In this document: positions 14,000-26,069 of the stretch, one piece after another
How positions within the stretch are numbered: the first letter of the stretch is position 1
Layout of the letters: each line of letters starts with the position of its first letter
Source of the DNA: Nemertoderma westbladi
Taxonomy: Eukaryota > Animalia > Xenacoelomorpha
Direction of reading: 5' to 3'
Assembly: GCA_032718475.1 (NCBI GenBank)
Contig: JAUCBJ010003183.1
Location: 1-39,245 of the forward strand
Length of the DNA: 39,245 nt
Position numbers and translations under genes: made by a program
The notes under the pieces: model-generated
The model's input: the letters and a program-made list of their open reading frames with translations, nothing else
What the model was told of the DNA's origin: nothing
The model's database searches: none

Positions 14000-14479
14000 A
14001 TCCAATTATTAGTCATAAACTATTATTTATTTATTACAATTAGTTTTAATTTCTCGGAATATTTTTAGTAAATATTAAAATTTAAATTTTCGGATAATTT
14101 TTCCAAATTTCCAAAACCCAGAGCAATCCTAGGAGGAGGCAGGCCCGTTTTCCTTCACCGACCGCTAAAATAGTAGAACATCATGATGTTGTTACATTAA
14201 CAACAACTGCCTTATGAGAGGGAACGCTGAGGTCCGTAATAGATAACACTGAAACAACGACTGTCATGACATACATTCATATAAGTAAAAGGTGCTGGGA
14301 GTTATTTGTTCTTTTTTGCACGAATCGTAGATTATGAACACTTTCTTAACAAACTAAGAGCCCAAAGAGTTGACTTAGGTTATGATGTTACGTGGCTACA
14401 CTTTTAATTTTTAATTGGGGTTTGGGCCGCCACTCTGATATTTGAATTGTAGGTACGACAAACTCGATATTTTATTATG

Positions 14480-14844
14480 GCGCGAATTTGGTAATGCAGG
14501 CGCGCAGCGCCAGCAGTGTACAGCGTGAATTATTGAAAACCTGCCTGTATGCGCGAATTTGGTAATGCAGGCGCGCAGCGCCAGCAGTGTACAGCGTTAA
14601 TTATTGAAAACCTGCCTGTATGCGCGAATTTGGTAATGCAGGCGCGCAGCGCCAGCAGTGTACAGCGTGAATTATTGAAAACCTGCCTGTATGCGCGAAT
14701 TTGGTAATGCAGGCGCGCAGCGCCAGCAGTGTACAGCGTGAATTATTGAAAACCTGCCTGTATGCGCGAATTTGGTAATGCAGGCGCGCAGCGCCAGCAG
14801 TGTACAGCGTGAATTATTGAAAACCTGCCTGTATGCGCGAATTT
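14480..14844. repeat. 71-bp tandem repeat, 5 near-identical copies
   Basis: CGCGAATTT recurs at 14481, 14552, 14623, 14694, 14765 and 14836. Confidence 0.92.
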
Positions 14845-15481
14845 TCAAAAAACTAACACATGTACAAACGGCATAGCGAGTTCGAGATCGCTTTTAGTTT
14901 TCGAATTATCACTGTCTCTTTCCCTGATAGGTAATTTCATACGATTCGATAAATTTCGGCAGTTTATTTTATTTCATAATATTTCCCCATTCCCTAGTTT
15001 TGATTTTTATGCAACCGCCGCCAGTGGGGTTGCCCCCCCCCCCCCCCCCCCACCCCCCCTTATTAATGCATTTAATTACCACTTGCAAAAACACCGTAAC
15101 TGACAAACTTATGATGTTTTAATAATTCTAATGTTTTATTTATTCAATTCTAGAATTTGGAAAGTTTTAAAGGTTCAACTAAAATATTCTAGTTCATCTC
15201 CAACGGCTTCCATCACAATCTGTGCACCTCAGCGTGCTGTTGGAGACACTCACCATCCTGTAGGTTCCGGTTATGTTCCGGTTCTGCCACTGACTCCGCC
15301 CACGCATTGTGCTGCCCGGCTATTACCACTCATCACCCCAGCCGCTCCAACTGGCCTTCTACCTACAGAATTCATTATGATTTTATCGCCTTCCAGGCTG
15401 CCATTAATTTGAACTCATTTAACCTGTCCTTATTATTATTTCTCATGTTACACATATTAAGTTTCACGTTTTAATAACTAT

Positions 15482-16083
15482 TTACATACTTGTGTGTAAA
15501 GTAGCACTTTACAGTGTGATGATCTGAGTGCTTTGTTACACGAACGAACGTTAGTGAGTGAGTGAAAATAAAGCCACGAGGATCAGAACACTGTAAAGTA
15601 CTTTGCAACAAGTATGTATGTAGTTTTATTCCAAAATTTTGACATTAGAAAATGATTGTACATATACATTATAAGTGATAGAAACTGCACAAATTAAATT
15701 AGTTGCTGTATAAATAAATATAAAAATAACATAAATTATGTTTAAATAAGTTAGCTTATATTTATGGTGGCGTTTGGAGCCATATGCTATAATAATATAG
15801 GTAGGCCCTACTGGTTATTAATAGATATACCCCGCCTACCGGTAGGTAATGCAGTAGGCCTATCTGGCTGTAAGGCACATACCACCTATTGTTTACGTGG
15901 TAACCAATGACGGCATGTTGTAATGTCCACTAATGGGACATTACTTAACTACGAACACCAAATACAATACTAAATGTACAGGCCAATACAATGCTGTAAT
16001 GTCCTCTAAAGTTGTAAAGTGCTAAATAACAACTCGCTGTTAATACTAACGGCGTTGAGTAATGTTACAATTTTGGAATAAAA
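15482..16083. mobile_element. Hairpin-headed non-autonomous element
   Basis: Imperfect palindrome of about 140 nt at 15482-15619 centred on CACGAACGAACGTTAGTGAGTGAGTG, followed by a second inverted pair TTTTATTCCAAAATT / AATTTTGGAATAAAA. Confidence 0.55.
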
Positions 16084-16639
16084 GTTTTACATTACGTATC
16101 CGTTGAATAATAAACAGGCTCATATTATTAAATAAAATATTCTAGAATATTCTAGAATAGAGATAAAAACTATTAGAATTATATCGATTTACGTCTCAAA
16201 ATTGACACCTTAGTATTTCGATAATTTCATTGGCATTTTTTGATGAAATTTTAAACGGTTTTCAGATTGAGAATCTACAGATGAAGGCTGTTCTGATAAT
16301 ATCTAGATTAGATTCAAAAGATGAAAAATAAAGTCAACAGAGATGGTTGAATGTTGCTAAAAAGGCGTTTTTAACGGCTTGTTATATCGAAATAGTTCAT
16401 AAATTTAAAAATCCGAAGCAGGCCAGCAGTAAGAAATATTATTTAAATTTGAAAAAAACTTGGGGGGGGGGGGGGGGGATGGGTGGGGCTCCGTCCGACC
16501 CCCTTAATAACTATTTATTTTACAAAAACAAAGTACTATTTTTTTGTCCGATTATTTTATCAGATTTTATATCATAAATACACATTCTACTATTTCATGC
16601 GGATTAAAAAGGGATTAAAAAGCGACTCCTATTAGAATC

Positions 16640-19600
16640 ATTGACGTTGATAATCTTGGAGATACATTGAACTGGGATAGATTCCAGGCAGCCATGGACA
16701 CTGGTGTGGATGCTGCATGTAACTATATAACGGAAGCTATTGCTGCATGTGGAACCACCAGACCCAAACGAAAGTCAAAACAATGGTGTGACAGCAGTTG
16801 CTACAATGCAAAACGAAAACTGCGGAATGCCCTCGAGAGTATGAAACAAAACCCATCATAACCTTCCCGTGAGCAATACCGGGCTCAACAAAAGGACTAC
16901 AAGATTATCTTAACAAATAAGAAAAAAGTTTTCCTTACACAACGTGAACACAGTCTGATTAAGAGATGTGAATCCGAAGACTCAATGTTCTGGAACATAA
17001 CTACCGGACGCCGTAAGCCAACTTGTGGCGCTCAACAGGTCACTGCAGAAGCATGGTCTGACCATTTCTCTGCATTACTAACAGCTGATGAACCACCTAC
17101 TCTCCCCGACCTTCCGGAACAACCAAACGCCGATCTGGATGCACCAATAAAGGACTCTGAAGTAACTGCTTCTGTATACTCTCAAAAGAATAACAAATCC
17201 ACTGGGCCAGACGGTATTTCAAACGAATCCTTGAAATCTGGATTTGGTCACCTATTTCCATGGGTCAATAAGCTTAAAAGTGGCCAAAAAGGGGTACAAA
17301 TTGACCAAAAAATTTTTGTCGGAAATTAGTGCCATACCATACACCATTGGAAAGATAATTTCATGGCGAATCTTGTGATGGTAGAGGGAGAGCATGACGC
17401 GCTGCTCAAAGGGAGATATATGGCAAAAACTAATGTCATATCTGTAACGTTTTTGTCTACCACTGTAACGCATTACAGTGATGACATTTTTGGGACAAAC
17501 GTCTGTAACGGCCATCTGTAACGGTAATTATGTTATGGATTTTGCAGTATTTATAACTTATTGCTTCGACAATAAGGTAATTTATTGGACAAACATCTGT
17601 AACAAACATAGATATCTGCCCATAACCATCGCATCCACTAAATTATATGTACTTAATACACATGATTTCAATAAATATAAAAAGTTTTTCATTAACATTT
17701 TTCTGTGTAACCGATAATCTTGTTTTACACAATTTTTTTTTATCCCGTGTTAAATTTTCTCTATAACGTCGCTTTTTATATGCTTGTTTAAAATACTCTG
17801 GATGACAACCGCGGTCCATTTTTCCTCTGTACTTATTTAACCGCTCCCTGGCGTTTCTCTGCAACTGATTCAGAGACGTCTATTACCACATCCAATAAAC
17901 GGATCTGACTAAACTTATCACAATAATATAAGTAGTGCACAAGTCCGTCATGTAAGTAAGTAAGTGATGTTAAGCCAATGATTTAGAAATTGATAGTAAA
18001 ATATAGGCCTTTTATACGCATTAGAGTATTTAATCATTAGAGTAAATTATAATCTTACATTGAAGTTACACAAGACTCACTGATATCAGTCACTGGATAC
18101 TTTATTTTTGTTTATTTATTGATTCATGTCAGATGAAATTAGACATACAAATTTATTGAAGTCTATCTATACGTCTGTACTGTATAAACAATCTGTTATG
18201 TTTATGAAATGCCAGGTTGAGTAGCACTACGACCACTTATTGAGTGTGATAGTGTCGTATAAAAAAAAAAGTAGTAGTTACAAGCTTGCCAGTAATAAAT
18301 TGTAATAATGTAAATGTAATAAATTACGCGCCTATGCAGGGAAGCCTAGTAACGAAAAACGCAAAACGAAACAGGGCAAAGTACCGTCTGTACAATATAT
18401 TGTATGTTAAAAAAAACACTGTTTGTAGGAAATGTATCGTCTACAATTCTAAACGAAATAAAGCGAAATTCTGCAGAAAGCATATTTTATTAATAGGCCT
18501 ACTTTTAAACTTTATAAGATGGAGATTGTATATATTTGCAATTAATTCCTAAATTATTTACCACGGACCTAGAAGCTCTGGATTCATACAATTTCATATG
18601 TGAAGTGAATCTGCGCTTTACTCCCTAGAATCCACAATCACTTCTTCCCGGATAGAGATAAACATGAATCCGTGTTTTACTCCCCTTACGGGATCCAGTA
18701 ACACTTGAGAATTCAAATTAGATTGAATTCGCATTTTGCACTCATTTCCGGATTTCATGAAAACCCGGATCCGCGTTTTAACCTCAAAATTCGAGAACCG
18801 ATCTGGATCCTGCATCCGGTTCCGGGTTTTACACTTACCCATCTTACACTACCACATTACCATGAGCAGTTAGGATGTCAGTAGGAAGACGAAGAACATA
18901 TCAAACGTGTAAGCATTCAAATATAGACAGTGATGCCTTATTGTATTTCAGGGTGACCCTCCGTTACAGATAGGACTGTCATATATATATGACTGAAAAC
19001 CTACAGTCTGTAACGCATCGATAACTGGTTATATAATGCGTTACAGATGAGACATCCCTTATCTGTAACGCTAACGCACTGCACTGTAACGGTGACGCGT
19101 TACAGATGGTTGACAAAAACGCTTACCACCGCCATACATCAGGTGTTTATTTATCACATTAACTCTTGGGGTTAATGCGGCATAAATTCAAATTGCCTTT
19201 CCACACATACCATTATACTTGTATGAGATTAATATTATCAAAATCTATGGCCACATTTGTAGCGTTACAGATATGGACGTTTATGCTTTCTATATTAAAT
19301 GCTTCCCAAATGAGATGACCTTACCATTTGTATGTGATATTTGGCCTATATATGTTAGAAACCCTGTAGATTCTAAATATATCAAAACTGTAAACCTACA
19401 GTTAATACTTCAGATTCTAGACGTAAAGGTTACAGATGTGACACAAAAATTTAAAAATCCATGCCCATTTTATGTATCGATCTCAAATGGTTCAACATGA
19501 ATATTATGGCCTGAAATATATTGGAAAAGATAGCAAAACATCTAAGCTTCCCAACAATATATAGGTTTCCTATATATTTGCCACTTGGAGTGATAAAATT

Positions 19601-21060
19601 TACAGTTGTTTGTGGTCGTGTCATTTAAGGGACAAGTGATTTTCACGATATTTCAGTCTTAGATGGGGCATATCTTTTGACTGCCTTTACAGATTTTGAT
19701 AATTTTTAGTGCGTAAGCTGCGCAAATAAATTAGCTACAAAATAATATATAACTTTATTAAATACGAATAAATTAAAGCATTTAAAATTATATCGTAACT
19801 TCCGGACAAACCATTGGCCACTTTTAAGCTTATTGACCCCCATACATTTTAACTTTCTTCCTCCTTTGTTTCTCCACTGCATCATGCCCCGCAAGGTGGC
19901 TTATGTCATACCTAATCCCACTCTACAAAGGAAAAGGTTCCAAATCAGCACAGGGTAACTACCGGGGAATAGCATTATTATGATGTTTCTTGAAGACCTA
20001 TTCCACCATATTATATAACAGACTGTACCTTTGGACCGAGTTAACCAACGTAATTCCAGCCTGTCAATATGGATTTCGCCGAGGTCGTTCAACACTAATG
20101 GCGGTCAATCTACTCTATAAACGAATTAAATCTGCCCTTGCACCATCCGGAGGCCACATCTACTGCGTTTTTATGGATTTCACGAAGGTGTTCGACTCGA
20201 TTGACCGTCCCAAATTAGCTCACAAACTATCAACAATCGGGGTCAGCAAACACTTCATATCAGTTATCTGGGCGATTATAGCCACCAATTACATATGTAT
20301 TTGCTTTGGCATCTTTATCTCAGAACCAATCACCCAAACTATAGGCCTCGCCCAAGGTGATAAATTATCACCGTTACTGTTCAGCTTATTCATCTACGAC
20401 TTGCCGCCTATCCTGGTAGCGATTGGTTGCTGGGTTATAATGTACGCAGATGATGTTGCTATCACCGCAAACACAATCGAAGATATGCAGGTTGCTCTCG
20501 ATGCTCTATCAGTATACTGTGATTCCAATAACCTAAATGTAAATACATCCAAAACAAAGGCGATGAAGTTCCGTCGCGGTGGTCATCTGGCGAGATCTGA
20601 CCAGTTGCATTATAAGGGATCCAAAATAGAGTTTGTCAACACATTTAATTACCTTGGTGTCACGCTCACTACAAAAAACCTATCAAGTGGCCATTTCAAA
20701 GCAAAATACAAAAAAGGTATAGCCTGCTGCATGATGCTATCGACAAAAGTGAAACTAACCTGCACCAACGCTATCAGCCGCTAGGAAGCTCTGGGCTGCT
20801 ATAATTATCCCTGCTATTACATATGGGTGCAGCGTGTTTACATCAGACCCCTTGGAAGAACTCGACCACGTCGCTAAAGTAAGGGCGTTCTATACTGGAA
20901 ACTGTGGTGTGGGGTGTCGAAATTTTCCTCCTCTACAGCCATTCTAAGCGCAGTTGACCGCGCAACGACCTCTGGTTGTAATGAGATCAACATTAACAAC
21001 CTAACGGGTCACCGCCGTCGCGCCGCTGCACTCTTTCTATCTAATGGTTTCCATCACAAT
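16640..21060 (+). mobile_element. Decayed LINE (APE-class RT, L2/RTEX-like; clade unresolved) split by a DNA transposon at 17262-19839
   Basis: KSTGPDGISNE lies before the insertion; IPLYKGKG..NYRGIAL, QYGFRRGRST, FMDFTKVFDSI, QGDKLSPLLF, YADD and YLGV lie after it. Stops and frameshifts are present; outer boundaries are approximate. Confidence 0.85.
17262..19839. mobile_element. Non-autonomous TIR DNA transposon, copy 1 (Sola2-like by termini and TSD)
   Basis: TIR GGGTCAATAAGCTTAAAAGTGGCCAA ... TTGGCCACTTTTAAGCTTATTGACCC; 4-bp TSD CCAT; many internal TCTGTAAC/GTTACAGA motifs; no transposase ORF. Confidence 0.88.
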
Positions 21061-21419
21061 TAATTTTTAATTAAATATAAATCCTTTTATCCGGTTATGT
21101 GCCTTTTTTTCTTTTTTTATCTAATACTAATACAATACATCGTTCTCTACTTTTACTGTAAGTGCAACTAAAATTATATTCTTTAATTCTTCGTAATTTT
21201 TCCTTGTGGAAAATATACGCCCCATTTGATTCACATTCTACTATTTCATGCGGATTAAAAAGGACAAAAAAAGGATTTTTTTTGTAAAAGATGTTGTTTT
21301 CTTTTAAAAAATCCCTTTTTCTCCGCAAAAATAAGGACAAAAACAACTTTTTGCCCAAAATCAACCCACATTGAGAATATACTAATAGTAATTATTAATT
21401 ATGAATATAATAATATAAT

Positions 21420-22020
21420 AATATCCCGAGTCGCCTCACGAACGTAGTCGTGGTTGGCAAGAAGCCGCCAAACGCCGAGAATATGAGCGGCGTAAATGTC
21501 GCCAACTCAACTTCACGAATCCGCACGTCGTAAAGATAACGCTTGCGGGCCTCGTGATGGAGGTGGGCGTCGGCGAGAGGCATTGCAGCATTCGTGGGGG
21601 CTAGGGGGTTAAAGATGGAGACATCCAGGAATATCTTCTGATACCTTGAACCCCAGAAACCGCAGACGGACACATCGAGGCGGGCTTGGTCGTTGGTTGA
21701 AGTGGAACGTCGGATGGACTGCTCACCGGTGACTGGCTGCAAATGAGGTTCGACCCCGACGTTATGCGCTACTTCGGCTAGTGTGGTGGCGAAGAAATCG
21801 CGGACTTCATTGTGGCGAATAGACGGATAGCCGCCTGTAGGACACGAAATAGCGTGATTTACTGAAAATCGTGTCCCACAGACGCATCGGGCCGGAAGAA
21901 CTCTTGGTCGACAAGAAGTCTCGGTGTTGTGGATCGTCACCGGGCGAGAGTTTAGCCAGGACGAAGCGCCCTTCTCGGATGTCAGCTCCCGTAGGTGTTG
22001 TTGGTCCCGATTGAGTCCTG
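21420..22020 (-). mobile_element. Fragment of an RLE-type (CRE-like) non-LTR retrotransposon C-terminus
   Basis: EKGASSWL, a zinc knuckle CVCG...HAISC, RHNEVRD and restriction-like endonuclease motifs ARLDV...LDVSI. It is a GC-rich island with an apparent internal deletion. Confidence 0.72.
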
Positions 22021-23587
22021 AATAAACTTATACGTGGAACTGAACTGAACTGAACCTTAAACTTATAAGGTTAGTAGCCTCTTTTTGCAGTTCCGCTGTT
22101 TCTTTTACGATACCCCCCTTATTAAATGGCGCACATAGAATTGCTATATTGCTCCTCTAGGTCGGTCGGATGGACATTAGTCAATTGTGCTAATTTTATT
22201 ATTATTTATATTATATTGCAAATTATAAGAAATTCTAAGATTGTAAGAAAAAAATAGCTAATAATGTTATATTTATTAAGTAGAATAAAATAACCTCGCG
22301 CAGATGCAAAACCATGCAACTTTTGAACACTCATATCTCAGCTATTTTTCAACGAAAACCAGATTATATTACATATTTGGAATCCATACATGGCCAGCTT
22401 TCCCAGCTATCACAACAACAAGGTTGACGAATAAATGCAGTGTAACTGATGAAATACCGACGAAGCCACCTATTTCAAACGCTTGTAGCTAAAGAATGAA
22501 AGCGAAAATAAAAATTATGGCTCACCCAGTCAGTGGTCGGGAGGTGAAACTATCTCTGTTTCAAATGTCATGCAATCTCATTAAGATTTGTAGAAAAATT
22601 TGGGGGGTGGGGGGTAATATACCTGAATAACGACGACACTATATTCCAAGACGTGGTGTATGTAGTATTAGTTTAGTTCTTATAGAGGTATTCAAGGAAC
22701 AAATTTAGGTTTAAGTTTCCCGCCAATTTTAATTAAATTTGTAAGATTTTCAGTCTAAATGCTAACCTCCGTAATTAAAAAAAACTTGTATTTTTATTCT
22801 CAGTCAATGGTTTAGGGGGCATCCATAAAGGACCACTCCATTAGAATTTCAATCAGTTTTGTTAAAGAAATAACTGATCAGTAGCATTTTGAGTGGCACA
22901 TTTTTTCATTTCTATATTTAAACCTTTCCGCGCAAAAATTATCGGTCTCCCTCTTACTGTCCGAAGTAATAATTATAATAGTAAATTATTCGTTATAAAG
23001 GAAGCGCACAGCTGCAATTTTTGCTACGGGAGATCCATTACCTGCGGTCGGTAAATTCATTTCTGATATTAGTTTTCAAAATCAGTTTGGCCAAATCTAG
23101 TATGACTAATCTGGGTGTCCGTTTGTCTGTTGGTTGTCCGTCAAAATATAATAAAACGTCATTGCTAAAATTGTCGCTATGAGGTTTTTCCTGGTCGGTG
23201 ATTTCATTTCCGATGTCAGTTTTGATGTTTGGTGATAGGAATGTCCCGGAATTCCGTTCCGGCCGGAATTCCGGCGGTTTTTGCCCGATTCCGGTTCCGG
23301 CCGGAATTGCCGGAATGGGGTCAATTCCGGCCGGAATTTTACCGGAATTACCAGGTTCAAATCTAGTTTGATAGTTGCAATTAGTTTGTTAAATTATTAT
23401 CAACATTTATATATTTTTTAAACATTATTACCAATTAGTTTAAGATAATTTTCAACACTTGTAAAAAAGTATAGAAATGAAGTTTTCTTCGACCGTTAGA
23501 GCTAACATTTACGGATGCAAGGCATAGATGCCCCATGGGTAGCCCCTTCAAGCTTCAAACCATTCGTGCTAAATCGAAAACGGCATT

Positions 23588-23665
23588 GGCCCACATGGTG
23601 GGATCGAACCCACGACCACCAGATAGATTGGAAATCAATGCAACCACTATACGTATACACCAAGG
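23588..23665 (-). other. tRNA-derived (SINE-head-like) fragment
   Basis: The minus strand has an A-box-like TATAGTGGTT and a T-arm/B-box GTGGGTTCGATCCCAC, but no complete cloverleaf is evident. Confidence 0.4.
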
Positions 23666-23890
23666 TGGAATCTAACTAACCTATGTAACGAGGGAAAATT
23701 CACAGCCACAGGGTTTAGTTTATTAAAGTGAATGCAGTCTTGATGGGTATATGTAACACATTTCCAAAAAAAATTCACCTGGTCATCAAACTAAAATGGT
23801 CCCACCATATGTTACACCGCCTACTGTAGTATTCATATACAATTCACAAAAACCATCGTAATTTACATTAACTAATGAAATGCATCAATA

Positions 23891-24239
23891 GGCCCGTGTC
23901 CCACTGGTCAGAATGTCAAAATGAATGCCTCCTTGCTCCATAGGTAACACGAGTCTTAAGTCATTTGATAAAAAAAATATAAGATGCATCTCACATTGAC
24001 TGCATATTTATACCCAAAGTAACCAATCACAGGTCTCTTGCGGGATATAACACGAGTCATGTGTCAAAAGATGGAACATGGAACATAATCACTTACGACT
24101 AATAGTCGACTAATAGTCGACTAACGATGAATAGGTCGTAACTTACGATTTACCAGTGGAGACGCTCCCATTGAAACCAACGTGTTCCATAATTTATTCT
24201 GACTAAGACTACATAGACTTACCAGTAGAGCACGGGACT
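23891..24239. mobile_element. Degenerate MITE (PIF/Harbinger-like ends) nested in the hAT element
   Basis: Imperfect inverted ends GGCCCGTGTCCCACTGGTCAG ... CTTACCAGTAGAGCACGGGACT; internal GACTAATAGTC repeats. Confidence 0.4.
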
Positions 24240-25789
24240 TAGCGGGTGGTTTTTCCAATTTAATTATTACAATTTGCTTATAAAATGACGTTATTAGATT
24301 GATTTTACATTGAATTTAAATTATTTTACATTGATTTTATATTATTTTACTTTGAATTGAATATTAAATAATATGATATTATTATGATTGGTATTGTCAT
24401 TGTCCAACGTATCATATAGGATGACCCCTAAAGATTTACAGCTTATTTCAATGGGGGTCCTTTATGTTACTTGGTTACAAATACAATATTACACAATTAC
24501 AATTACTACTCTAACTTAACTAATATAAAACGTTATTACAATACGTACAGGTCCTGCGAGTTGTCGTTAGTTCAGTTCTGCGTCGTAGGTGCTGCATAAT
24601 ATAGTAGTTTTATTTCTATTTACAGCAAAGCCTTTTCTTATCATAAATCGATTTATTCCCAGCAATAATTAAACTGTAACATGTACTATTTATTGGCCTC
24701 GTTTATTGTTTTGGTTTGAATAACATGTCACAGTAACATGCATCTTTCCATTAAAGACACCAGGATATTGCACCAAAGGACCTATAATGACGCGAAACCC
24801 GAGGTTTTTGGTTAACGTAGGTTTTTCGGTATGAGTCTAAAGGCTAAAAACCTAACTTTTGGCCAAAGATATAGATTTTAGAATAAAATTATATTGAATT
24901 CCCGGTCGTTCAATGCCGAAGTACCATCCCGTCCCCATAAACGGCCATAACGGCCCAGGCCATTCTCCACTCCACCCACCTTAATTCCCCCCAAGGTTCT
25001 GATTCCTCTCATTATCAAACTTAGCTGTAGAAATTAAAAAAAAAACATCTGTTTCACAAAAAATTATAAAGTTTCATGGGTCATTTAGTGTATTTCACTA
25101 ATTATAGAAAATTCCGGTTCCGGCCGGAATTCCGGCCGGAATATTCCGGCATGTTGAATTCCGGTTCCGGTTCCGGCCGGAATCAAAATATCGATTCCGG
25201 GACATCCCTATTTGGTGATGTCTTGTCTGTCTATCTGTCAGTCTGTCTGTCTGTCGGTCGGCCAAACGGAAATACTTCACGAAATACTGTTATTTGAGTC
25301 CTACAGAAACGTAAAATTTTGTTTCAGTTCGCAGCACTAGTTGTTTACGTTTATTCCTGTACCGTGTATTGCACCTGCTAGCATAACAGAACTGAGCTGC
25401 TATACACCTGCACTTCATACTCAGTCAGCAACAGTCAGCAACAGTCAGCAACTAACACATTCGTGGGGCGTCGCACAGCACGCGAACTTGAGCAAATTCG
25501 AAAGCAGTTCGATTTGTTCTGGAGTCAAAAGTTCGAGAGGTATTTTCCCGTAACTTAAAAAATAATGGAACTTTATCTCTAATATGCCCATACAAAATTT
25601 GGTTGAAAATGGTTAAATCTTAAAAAGTTATTTACGAATGAATATTTCATTACAGACGGACAGACGGACATGAAATTTTGCCCTATTTACTAATTATAAT
25701 TGTGCACTAAGGCTCGCCCTGACTGCCTGGCTCGCCGCACAGGGTTTATAATAAATAGATCTTGAATTTTTGCGGTATAAAATACGCAC

Positions 25790-25896
25790 CTTAGATACAT
25801 TGCGAACTCCTCTGGTTGGGTCTCGCACAATGACTCAATGGGTGTGGCTCGCTTCGTATCCCCTATTTTCTGGTATCGTTCTTTTAATGTGTCGGC
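25790..25896 (-). CDS. CSNK1G: Casein kinase 1 gamma, internal exon
   Basis: Bounded by cattatag| and |gtgcgt, 107 nt. Encodes [35 protein letters not shown](R) and ends in phase 2. Confidence 0.95.
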
Positions 25897-26069
25897 CTAT
25901 AATGAATAATAATATAGAATAGACGCTGTGAATAATATTTGTGTAGAGTGTTGCGCCGTGTAGTAAAGTAGGCTGTATGTCCAACACCAACCCACTAACA
26001 AGGAAAACTGTTTGAACCATATTTATAAATAAATTACATTTAAACGTAACAAATATAATAATAGTGTAA

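Larger units (their letters stand above)
23236..25210. mobile_element. Non-autonomous hAT-type element
   Basis: TIR TAGG(A/G)ATGTCCCGGAAT; 8-bp TSD TTTGGTGA at 23228-23235 and 25211-25218; dense subterminal CCGGAATTCCGG repeats at both ends. Confidence 0.88.

Noticed and set aside
16581-21261. 30-bp direct repeat CACATTCTACTATTTCATGCGGATTAAAAA on both sides of the decayed LINE as a TSD
   Set aside because: It is not flush with the LINE ends (the right copy is about 170 bp away) and is more likely part of a separate AT-rich repeat.
23588-23665. Functional tRNA gene
   Set aside because: Only the T-arm is convincing; acceptor and anticodon stems are not evident, and it lies within a transposon.
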